NCBI GenBank assembly: GCA_964016885.1
Contig: OZ024740.1
Span: forward strand, 54,622,001-54,686,000
Direction of reading: 5' to 3'
Origin: Eledone cirrhosa
Lineage: Eukaryota
Length of the DNA: 64,000 nt
Positions 39,971-51,463 of this stretch are shown in pieces (within the stretch, counting starts at the first letter, position 1; each line of letters opens with the position of its first letter). The notes below the pieces were generated by a model, which saw only the letters and a program-made list of their open reading frames with translations, was not told the DNA's origin and did not search any database. A program made the translations under genes and the position numbers.

Positions 39971-40064
39971 ACGTTTCCACGAACCAAAGTTTCGTCTTCC
40001 TGTCTTCCTCCGGTTGCGACGTTTTTTTAAATATCCAGTTCTGCGTTTACAGATTGACTTTGTT

Positions 40065-40115
40065 AGTTTCAGAAGATCCCGTTAAGGGTGAAAGCAGCGA
40101 TTCTTTGCTTAAACT
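40065..40115 (+). ncRNA. Type I hammerhead motif (CAGAAGA core), PLE family C
   Basis: AGTTT-CAGAAGA-T-CCC(GTTAA)GGG-T-GAAA-GCA(GCGATTCTT)TGC-TT-AAACT. Confidence 0.68.
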
Positions 40116-40222
40116 TTAATCTGTTATTTTAATAAATATTTGCTCTACGGTTCTTATATATTTGATATATATTTATCCTTATCGAGCCCTCTTTGGATTT
40201 TAGTCTTCAAATGTATTATTAT

Positions 40223-40259
<37 letters not shown>

Positions 40260-40403
40260 ATTTATTTTAAATTTATTTTATTTTATTTCAATTTATTCCG
40301 TCTCCTTTTATATTTCATGCTGATATCATTTGTTTCCACTTTGCTTTGGTGTTTTATTCGCGAAATATTCTTTTCGAATATTAATTATTAATATTTATAG
40401 TTG

Positions 40404-40530
40404 TCTTACTTTGCCTTTCATGCTTCTGGGTTTCATACAATAAAGTACCAGTCAAGTACTGGGGTGGATTTAATCAACTTTACCCATCCCCCAATTTGCT
40501 GGCCTTGTGCTTAAATTAGAAATCAATATT
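40404..40530 (+). mobile_element. SINE 3' half
   Basis: ACTTTGCCTTTCAT..TAAAGTACCAGTCAAGTACTGGGG..GCTGGCCTTGTGC..TTAGAAA. Confidence 0.75.
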
Positions 40531-40534
40531 TATA

Positions 40535-40720
40535 GATGTCTTTGACCGGTCCACGTTGCTATTTCTCACGCTGTCTCTGTCTCTCTCCTTCTGTCTTTCT
40601 ATCTCTCTATCTCTCTCTCTCTCTGTATTTCTATTGTTCACGCTGTTTCTGTCTCTCTCATACCTGTCTCTCTCATACCTGTCTCTTTCTTTCTGTCTCT
40701 CTATCTCTCTATAGATTGCA

Positions 40721-40791
<71 letters not shown>

Positions 40792-43700
40792 AATCGCACC
40801 TTGAATTTCTCACTGGACATCTCTCTCTCTCTCTCTCTCTCTAACCGTTTCCACCACTCTTCCCGCTATCTCTCTCGCTCCTCTCTTCTGTTTCTCTCCT
40901 CTTTCTTTTTTCTATTTCTCTCTCTCCAGATCGCACAAGCTCTCTTTCTCTCCTTACCTGAAAATCGCTCCTTAAATTTCTTACTGTACTTATCTCTCTC
41001 TCTGTCCCTCTCTAACACTCTCTAACCTACCCACTATCTCTCTCTCTTCCCTCCACACCGAAATGGACTGCATACAGGGAAATGATCAAATTAAAAGTCA
41101 GCGAAACTGGTCAAAGATGGAACTAGTGGTTTGGATCAAGAAAGTCACCACCAAGCAAAACGATTGAGGACACCCTGAAGAACCATGGCTATCTGACGAC
41201 TCTGGCGCAGATAAAAAGAAAAAGAAAAGAAATCGAGAAGGCCAATGTCCTCATAGCGCCGCATATGGCGATGCTAAGACGTGTCCTCAAGGAGGAGAAA
41301 AACAAAGAGAAATGAAAAAAAAAAGAAAAGGAAGAAATCACAAGCACGGACCTGAAAGAAAATGTGATACCCGCTGCCACAGTCAGGGAGGGCAGTGCGG
41401 GCAACCAACAAGCAAACGGTAAAGGTCAGAAGCGAAATCACCTTCCGAAGGAGAACCAAGCGGAGAGGGACCAGTGGACAACTGTCCAAAGGAAGAACAG
41501 AACGCGCCGAGACACTGGGAGCAAGAAAACCTTGGTAACGTGCAAGTTCTTCAGGTACAGGACCTGCTGGCATGGAGAGACAGGGACAGGCTGCAGATTC
41601 GCTCACCCCAGGCCCCAAGCGAACTATACCCATACCACTCGCACAACATGCCCCAGCCAAAACCAAAACAAGCTGCCCCAGGAGTATGCTGATGTCACGC
41701 GTGCCGCTCCAACAAGGAGAAGGCACACACATGCTGACGAGATACAGATGGCAGCAGCAGAGCAGAAACATTTTTTAGTAATGGCAGAGAAGATTGTAGT
41801 ACAGCTGACCTGTCTGCATCGTTTTCAGAGACAGGGTCACCCATACCGGCACTCGAGACCACCACAATTAAGGGACCCAGAGTGGCCGCCGCTGACATCA
41901 GGCCAGGTGTCATACCGACAGCAATTGCTGGCATCCCAAAAGTCACACCAGTGCTGCTGCTGAATAAAACTGGTGAAACTCACTAATATGAGTAAAATTT
42001 CCTACCTGGGTGACTTAGCCATAAGCACTCAAGCATTATGCATGGCACTAACCAAAACGCACCTGACAAGCAGTATAGCAGATGCAGAAATACATATACC
42101 AATATATACGATATTTCGTTCGGACAGGAAGGAGAGAACTGATGGTGGGTTGTTCTGTATATCCGTTAAAATGCCTCGCCAATTGTACTGTTGACACATT
42201 CAAACTCAGTCTGTGACACACTGATAGTACATATGAAGCAACTAAAGACAGTAATATATGACACATATCGGCCGCCCGATGCCTCCAGTCATGAGGGTAA
42301 ATTTGAGGATAGCCTCAGTAGGATAGAAGAGGTCCTTGACAAACTGGACAAGGGTGTCAACATTCTACTGCTGGGAGACTTCAACCTGCCAAAGCTCAAA
42401 TGGCCTGAGAGCCACCTCCTCCCTGGAATGACATCAATAGATCAGGGACAGACGGAGTCCCTGCTGGCCCTCACACACAGGCTGTACTGCTCCCCCAAAG
42501 AGGCGAGAATGTCCTGGATCTCTGTTTTAGAAACAACGAAGTGCTCATCCACAATGTAAATGTGACACCAACAATTTTCTCGGATCATAACTTAGTAGAA
42601 CTTATGATATGTGGTCCGAGATAATCAACAGAGACACAACGATCAAGAAGCACCGGGACCTTATCCAGCCTTAATTCTACAAGGCTAACTGGAAAAAGAT
42701 CAAGAGAGAAATCCGGAAGCAAATATAGAGCGAAAACACCGCTACACAAGACACCAACACACAATTTCAACACTTCATGACAACGATACACACTATATGC
42801 CAAAAGTTTTTCCCGGAGAAAAAGGCCAACAGACACAAAAATCTTATTCCCAGATATAGGAAAATCCTTATGAGACGAAGAACCAAGCTCGCAAACCAGT
42901 TGAATGCACAACAAGAAAACAAAAACAAGAAGGAATCCTATTTGAAACGTGTACTACTTGACACCGAGATTGCACTCAAACTTTCCCATGTAAATGAGAG
43001 GGCAAATAAAGAAAGCAGAGACATAGAAAATATTAAAACAAACCCTAAGGCCTTCTTTAAATTTGCAAAAGAAACTGCCTCGGTACACTGTAAGATTGGG
43101 CCACACTTTCATACAGACGGTTCATTAACCGAGAATCCCCAAGAGATATGTGAAATACTGAACGAACAGTACAAAAGTGTGTTCACATGTCCACTGAGGC
43201 ACATGCAAATAGCAAAGCCAGAGGAGTTATTTGATGCCACAACACTACATGAAGAAATGGTGACCATCAGCCACATAGACATAACAGTGGAGGATGTGGT
43301 ATAAGCCATAGGTGAAATTAGAACAGACTCAGCTGCTGGTCCTGATGGATTCCTAGCAGTCCGAATAAAAACATGTAAGCGGGCTTTAGCAACCCCACTG
43401 AAGACGCTCTTCAGAAGCTCCTTGGCTAGCGGTATACTACCCAGGGAGCTGAAAGAAGGCACAATATTCCTATCCATAAAGGAGGTAGCAGAACGGAGGC
43501 CAACAACTATAGGCCAGTCTCCCTGACGTCACATATCGGTATGGTCATGGAGCGAATCATCAGAAAGAATCTGATCACTTTCCTCGAGGAAAATGACCGC
43601 CTGACTAGCACGCAGCATGGATTTCGCCCAGAAAGAATCTGCCTTACACAGCTGCTACATCACTACGACTGGGTACTGAAACAACTGCTAGACAGCTCAC

Positions 43701-44949
43701 ATGTGGACGTGATATATCTTCACTGTGCGAAGGCCTTTGACAAGGTCGACCACGGAATGATATGTTACAAACTACACGGACTCGGCATAACTAGAAATGT
43801 AGGTTAGTGGCTGCATGACTTCTTAAAGGACAGTCGCAGCAAACGGGACTGTCTCAAATGAAACATCAGTAACAAGTAGGGTGCCCCAGGTCACAGTCCT
43901 GGAACTACTACTGTTTTTGGAGGCTCTCTCAGACATGGCCTCTGTAGTACATACAACAACATCCCTCATTATGCTGATGACACTAAGGGAGCACAAGCAA
44001 TCAAAAACCGGCTGACGCTGCCCTTTTACAACAAGATCTGGATGCCATATACAAATGGGCGGGAGACAGCAACATGCAATTTAATGCTGGCAAATTCCAA
44101 GCCCTACAATACAAACCTGCAAACACAAATACAGTACAACACAGTTACGCCGGACCAGGAGGGACCGATATCCCCGTGTCGAAATTGATACGAGACCTGG
44201 GTATAGACATGAGCGATGATGCATCTTTTTCCTCACACATCATGAATATGGCAACAATGTGCAGACAACTCCTGGCTGAATCTAGTGGACTTTCCGGACA
44301 AGAGACCGAGACACCATCTTGACACTATGGAGGACATTAATCCTAAGCCGCCTGGACTATTTCTCCTAGTTGTGGTCACCCCATATGTCAAACTAAACAC
44401 GGTGCTTGAGGCAATCCAGCGAAGCTACACCAAGAGGATTGCGATGATGAAGGAGATAAGCTACTGGGAGAGGCAAAACGAACTGAACCTCTACTCCTTG
44501 GAACGAAGACGGGAGGGCTACGCAGTGATCTACATGTGGAAAATCCTGGAGGGACTAGCACCAAACTTTGGCATTGGGAGCTGAACCAACGGTCGAACAG
44601 GACGTCACTGTGTGGTGCCAAAGATCCCGTCTTCTACATCTAGAATAAAGAGCAGATATTGCAATAGACTGGGGTTCAAGGGACCTCAACTCTTCAACAA
44701 GCTGCCGAGGTTACTGGGAGTTCTGCATGGTGGGGATGTCTTCAAGAAACATCTCGATACCTTGCTATCCAGGATCCCGCATGAGCCCACAGCAAGGCAC
44801 GAGGGAAACCTAAGGGCAGCAAAAACGAACTCCCTCTTAAACCAGTGGCCAACCAATATGGGCTGGAGATAAAATGTTTAGCAGAAAGGGCGGTGCCCTA
44901 GCATGGCCTCGGCCGGATGGCTGGAACAGGTAAAAGAGTAAAAAAGTAT
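40535..44949 (+). mobile_element. CR1-group LINE, copy 2 (near full length, degenerate)
   Basis: (CT)-rich 5' region, ORF1 remnant with CCCH finger, APE (LLLGDFNLP), RT (KAFDKVDH, GTGCCCCAG at the GVPQG position, YADD), C-terminal LEAIQR..YWER..LYSLERRR, GAGTAAAA tail. Confidence 0.93.
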
Positions 44950-45279
44950 TATACATATTATACATATGTATATATATATGTACATATGTATATATATATA
45001 TCATAAAACATGTCTATAGAATCGCCAGATAAAATATATACCGTTTCCTCTCCCAATTAGCATAATCAACCATATAAAAAATCAATTAGACCAAGCTATA
45101 AGAATAAAGGCTTCTATGAAGAAATCTCCGACAAATAACCGAAAGCAGCCCCTTCGCGGCGGTTACTACGGATAATTTATCGAATATTTCTACAGCATGT
45201 ATAAATCGACCAGATATACAGTTAACTAAACAGAATTAGGTGTAAAATAAACTAGAAGAAAAGTTTACATATTTAATTA

Positions 45280-45355
45280 CCTCTACCATGGTTTCATCCG
45301 CATTTTAAGACATACGATAACATTGGAAATCTAGAGCTTCGGATTCTTCAGGAAG
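45280..45355 (-). ncRNA. Type I hammerhead ribozyme, family F
   Basis: Minus strand CTTC-CTGAAGA-ATCCG...CGGAT-GAAA-CCATGG-TA-GAGG, with palindromic stem III ACCATGGT. Confidence 0.85.
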
Positions 45356-45986
45356 TTAGCTCAAATTTAGACAATTAATTTTCAAAAGTGATCGCGCCAA
45401 GAATACATTCAAAATGGCTAAGAAGCGTGACGTGGCAGCGGTCAAGTTAGAAAGGATGTGATTAGTTGCTTACGGCTGGTAGGCTTTTTGGTAGAAAGCG
45501 CAGCCCAATACAGCCAAAGTTGTATCTCAACCTAACGGGAGATTATTACATATAAAGGTTTAAATCTATATACTGTATATATAAAGTCATAAATATATAT
45601 GTGTTTTGCAACGGGTCACTTTGTGGCTCAATGAAGAATTAATAAATTAAATAATCAGAGCTATATATGTCTATAGAATCAGAGCTATATATGTCTATAG
45701 AATATATGTCTATAACATGTCTATAGAATCGCCAGAAAAAATATATACCGTTTCCTCTCCCAATTAGTACAATCAACCATATAAAAAATCAATTAGACCA
45801 AGGTATAAGAATAAAGGCTCCTATGAAGAAATCTCCGACAAATAACCGAAAGCAGCCCCTTCGCGGCGGTTACGACGGATTATTCATCGAATATTTCTAC
45901 AGCATGTATAAATCGACCAGATATACAGTTAACTAAACAGAATTAGGTGTAAAATAAACTAGAAGAAAAGTGTACATATTTAATTA

Positions 45987-46062
45987 CCTCTACCATGGTT
46001 TCAACCGCATTTTAAGACATCCGATAACATTGAAAATCTAGAGCTTCAGATTCTTCAGGAAG
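45987..46062 (-). ncRNA. Type I hammerhead ribozyme, family F, second copy
   Basis: Same core. Stem II ATCTG/CGGTT is weakened. Confidence 0.75.
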
Positions 46063-46304
46063 TTAGATCAAATTTAGACAATTAATTTTCAAAAGTGATC
46101 GCGCCAAGAATACATTCAAAATGGCTAAGAATCCTGACGTGACAGCGGTCAAGTTAGAAAGGATGTGATTAGTTGCTTACGGGTAGTAGGCTTTTTGCTA
46201 GAAAGCGCAGCCCAATACAGCCAAAGTTGTATCTCAACCTAACGGGAGATTATTATATATAAATGTTTACATATATAGGAGCCTTTATTCTTATAGCTTG
46301 ATTT

Positions 46305-46340
<36 letters not shown>

Positions 46341-46364
46341 TATGTGTGTGTATATATATGTGTG

Positions 46365-46560
46365 AAGGCGTGTGGATGCTTGGTTAGAGAACTGGATTCG
46401 CAATCGTGAGGTTGTCAGTTCGTTTGCTAGATCGGACGAAGCATTATGTCCTTTAGCAAGACATTTTATTTCACGTTGCTCCTTCTACCTGGAGTTGCGA
46501 CCGATAGATAGTATTAGCAATTGGAAAGACCAACAGAAATATTGTTTCCTCGGTCCGATT
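46365..46560 (+). mobile_element. tRNA-derived CORE-like SINE, degenerate
   Basis: tRNA-like head (GTGGATGCTTGGTTAGAG...AGTTCG) followed by TGTCCTTTAGCAAGACATTTTATTTCAC, resembling the CORE domain. Confidence 0.55.
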
Positions 46561-46587
46561 TAACGAAAGTCGATCGACAAATTTATA

Positions 46588-47533
<946 letters not shown>

Positions 47534-47695
47534 TGTATAGATAAGAAATGTATAATCTGTAAACTCTCCCATTTCTCCAACCCCTGCATATATATCTCTC
47601 TCTCTCCCTCTCCCCTTCTTCCTCTCTACCTTTTCTACTCTATCTTCCCCCGTAACCTCACTTAAGGGTATTTACATTTTACATTTTAACCATTC

Positions 47696-47806
47696 TGCTC
47701 TGAGGATACAGTGGTCACAGCATTTATGATTGAGTTTTGCAAATAGTTATACATTTGCACATAGTATAACTAGGCTGTATAACGACCGTGGAAACATTTG
47801 TAAGCA
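47696..47806 (+). ncRNA. Type I hammerhead ribozyme, PLE family B terminal fragment (47564-47830)
   Basis: TGCT-CTGAGGA...GAAA-CATTTG-TA-AGCA, homologous to the reverse complement of 25815-26075. Confidence 0.75.
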
Positions 47807-47938
47807 CACAGAATAAATTGCGTTTTTATATATATGCTCTACGGTTATATATTTGCTCTACGGTTCTTATATATTTGATATATATTTATCCTTAACGAGC
47901 CCGCTTTGGATTTTAGTCTTCAAATTTATTATTATTAC

Positions 47939-48022
<84 letters not shown>

Positions 48023-48087
48023 CATATGTATATATATATATACACACATGTATACATATATATACATACACATATGTATATATATAC

Positions 48088-48140
<53 letters not shown>

Positions 48141-48254
48141 CATAGCAAGGAGGAGGGAAACCTAAGGGTAGCAGCAAGGAAATCTGCTCTTGCACCAGTG
48201 GCCAACCAATGCAGGCGAGAGATAAAATGTGTACCAACAAGAGCGGTGCCCTAG

Positions 48255-48256
<2 letters not shown>
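48141..48256 (+). mobile_element. 3' fragment of the CR1-group LINE family
   Basis: Similar to 44788-44903 (GAGGGAAACCTAAGGG..CCAGTGGCCAACCAAT..GCGGTGCCCTAGCA). Confidence 0.75.
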
Positions 48257-48290
<34 letters not shown>

Positions 48291-48440
48291 AAGTTTGAGT
48301 ATATGTTGGTTGTATACCAACACCTCAGAATGCAGATTGGAGCACTCGACGACGTGCGCAGGTTGGTTTGGTTACTCCGGAGTAATGTAAAATAAAATAA
48401 AAAATAAGTCAAATGTTTAAAACTTGGCTTCGTTTATTAC

Positions 48441-48491
48441 TGCTATATATATTTCGGTGACAGCCATCTTTGGCTGTGACCTCTTCAGGCA
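48441..48491 (-). ncRNA. Type I hammerhead ribozyme, family G
   Basis: Minus strand TGC-CTGAAGA-GGTCACAGCCA(AAGA)TGGCTGTCACC-GAAA-TATATA-TA-GCA followed by AATAAA. Confidence 0.82.
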
Positions 48492-48607
48492 TCCGAATTA
48501 GTGTGGTAGAGACGAGTACAAATATTGTTGAGGTGTATAACTATACATACATGCACACATTTTCCGTTTGTCGTTTTTGGTGCACCCGGCCGATTAACTC
48601 ACTCGAT

Positions 48608-48615
48608 ATGCAAAT
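48608..48615 (+). promoter_or_regulatory. Octamer motif ATGCAAAT, present in each array unit (function inferred)
   Basis: Perfect at 48608, 50476, 51933 (+) and 49807, 50244, 51253, 51700 (-), with one mismatch at 49371. Always ~75-85 nt upstream of the HHR on the same strand. Confidence 0.4.
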
Positions 48616-48690
48616 TTGCCTGATCAGCCGTTAATATGCATGAGGAAAATATATACTTTCAGACGTTAAATCATCTGGCAGGAAGGTATA

Positions 48691-48731
48691 CGGTGCTGAC
48701 GATAGCTAATAAGCTTGAAACTAGTACATCG
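48691..48731 (+). ncRNA. Minimal type I hammerhead ribozyme, array family I (representative copy)
   Basis: CGGTG-CTGACGA-T-AGCT(AATA)AGCT-T-GAAA-CTAG-TA-CATCG, with palindromic ACTAGT stem III and a GUA site. Confidence 0.85.
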
Positions 48732-50970
48732 TTCATTTGTCAGTGTTGAACAATAGGGCAACGATGGTTCCTAAAACTGTACGAGCATTATAATAAATGT
48801 TCGGTAAATCCATACGTACATATATATATGTGTGCATGTATGTATATATATATACATACTACTGTACGTCTGTATACATATATGTATGTACGTATACATA
48901 CTTATATTTAAGTAACAGCCGTACTAAGAGTGAGAAATGAAATTTCGTTTCATGTCTTCCGTTCACAAGTATATACATATATGGAAAAGAATGAAATGAA
49001 ATTTCATTTCTCACTCTTAGTACGGCTGATACCTAAATATAGGTATTTATACGTACATACTTATCTGTATACCGATGTACAGTAGTATGTATATATATAT
49101 ACATACATGCACACATATATATATATGTATGTACGTATGGGTTTTCCAAACATTTATTATTATGTTCGGTTTGTTTGTAAAGAAACAGCCCAAATTACGC
49201 CGTACAGTGTTCGGCCACCATCGTTGCCATTTTGTTCAACACTGACAAAGGAACAATGAACTAGTTTCAAGCTTGTTAGCTATCGTCAGCATCGTATACC
49301 TTCCCTGTCAGATGATTGAACGTCTGAAAGTATGTACTTTCTTTATGCATATTAACGGATGAACAGCCTAATTTGCGTATCGAGTGAGTTAGTCTGCCGG
49401 TCGTACCGAAAACGATAAATGGAAAGGAATGAAATGAAATGACATTTATCACTCTTAGTACTGGCTGATGCTTAAATATCAGTATGTATACGTACATTCA
49501 TATATGTATACAGACGCACAGTTCTATGTATATATATACATACATGCACACATATATATATATGTACGTATGGGTTTACCGAACATTTATTATAATATTC
49601 GGTTTATTTGTAAACAAACAAACTTCCAGAATTAATCCGTACAGTGTTCGGCAACCATCGTTGCCATTTTCTTCAACACTGACAAAGGAACGATGAACTA
49701 GTTTGAAGATTATTAGCTATCGTCAGCATCGTATACCTTCCTGCCAGATGATTGAACGTTTGAAAGTATATACTTTCCTTATGCATATTAACGGCAGAGC
49801 AGCCTAATTTGCATATCGAGTGATTTAGTCGGCCGGGGTTACCGAAATCGATAAACGGAAAAAATGAAACGAAATTTCATTTTTCACTCTTAGTACGGCT
49901 GATACTTAAATATAAGTATGTATACGTACATACATATATGTATATAGACATACAGTAGTATGTATATATATATATACATACATGCAGACATATAGATATA
50001 TATGTACGTATGGATTTGCCGCACATTTATTATAATGCTCGGTGTGTTTGTAAACAAGCATCCCGAATTAAGCCGTACAGTGTTTTAGAACCATCGTTGC
50101 CCTTTTGTTCACTACTGACACAGGAACGATATAACTGGTTTCAAGCTTATTAGCTATCTTCAGCACCGTATACCTTTCTGCCAAATGATCGTACGTCTGA
50201 AAGTATATACTTTCCTTATGCATATTAACGGCTGAGCAGCCTAATTTGCATATCGAGGGAGTTAATCGGTCGGGCGCACCGAAAACGACAAACGGAAAAT
50301 GTGTGCATGTATGTATATATATATATACATACTACTGTACATCTGTTTAAATATATGTATGTACGTATATATACTTATATTTAAGTAACAGCCGTACTAA
50401 GAGTGAGAAATGAAATTTCGTTTCATTTTTTCCGTTTATAGTTTTCGGTGCGCCCGGCCGACTAACTCACTCGATATGCAAATTAGGCTGCTCAGCCATT
50501 AATATGCATGAGGAAAGTATATACTTTCAGACGTTCAATCATCTAGCTGGAAGGTATACGGTGCTGAAGATAGCTAATAAGCTTGAAACTCGTACATCGT
50601 TCCTTTGTCAGTGTTGAACAAATGGGCAACGATGGTTGCTAAACACCGTACGGCTTTATTCGTGATGTTTGTTTACAAACACACCGAGCATTATAATAAA
50701 TGTTCGGTAAGTCCATACGTACATATATATATATGTGCATGTATGTATATATATAGATATTGCTGTACGTCTGTATATATATATATGTATGTACGTATAC
50801 ATACTTATATTTAAGTAACAGCCATACTAAGAGTGAGAAATGAAATTTCGTTTCATTTTTTCCTTTCATAATTATATACATATATGGAAAAGAATGAAAT
50901 GAGATTTCATTTCTCACTCTTAGTACGACTGATAACTTAAATATCAGTATGTATACGTACATACATATAT

Positions 50971-51018
<48 letters not shown>

Positions 51019-51432
51019 GTATGGGTTTACCGGGCATTTATTATAATGTTCGGTTTGTTTGTAACAAACAGCCCGAAATAAGTCGTACAGTGTTCGGCAA
51101 CCATCGTTGCCATTTTCTTCAACACTGACAAAGGAACGATGAACTTGTTTCAAGCTTATTAGCCATGGTCAGCATCATATACCTTCCAGTCAGATGATTG
51201 AATGTTTGAAAGTATATACTTTCCCTATGCATATTAATGTGTGAGCAGCCTAATTTGCATATCGAGTGAGTTAATCGGCCGGGCGTACCGAACACGATAA
51301 ATGGAAAACAATGATATGAAATTTTATTTCTCAATCTTAGTGCGGCTGATACTTAAATATCAGTATGTATGTATACGTACATATATACATATATACAGAC
51401 GTACATTAGTATGTATATATATATACATACAT

Positions 51433-51463
<31 letters not shown>

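Larger units (their letters stand above)
36591..40230 (+). mobile_element. Penelope-like element family C with ~630-bp inverted terminal segment, in (TA)n
   Basis: 36591-37221 is the reverse complement of 39497-40136. RT-EN ORF spans 37222-39137. HHR at 40065. Confidence 0.95.
45007..46303 (-). mobile_element. Tandem dimer (707-bp period) of a non-coding HHR-bearing element, family F
   Basis: 45007-~45565 repeats at 45714-~46270. A short inverted segment at 46276-46303 matches ~45092-45116. Flanked by (TA)n. Confidence 0.85.

Noticed and set aside
46365-46440. tRNA gene
   Set aside because: The cloverleaf is incomplete and followed by a CORE-like sequence, so it is a SINE head and not a tRNA.
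49745-49778. Second hammerhead on the opposite strand of the array unit (CAGATGA...GAAAGTATATACTTTC)
   Set aside because: No stem II forms between the boxes and there is no stem I. CAGATG instead pairs with CGT(C/T)TG as a simple hairpin.
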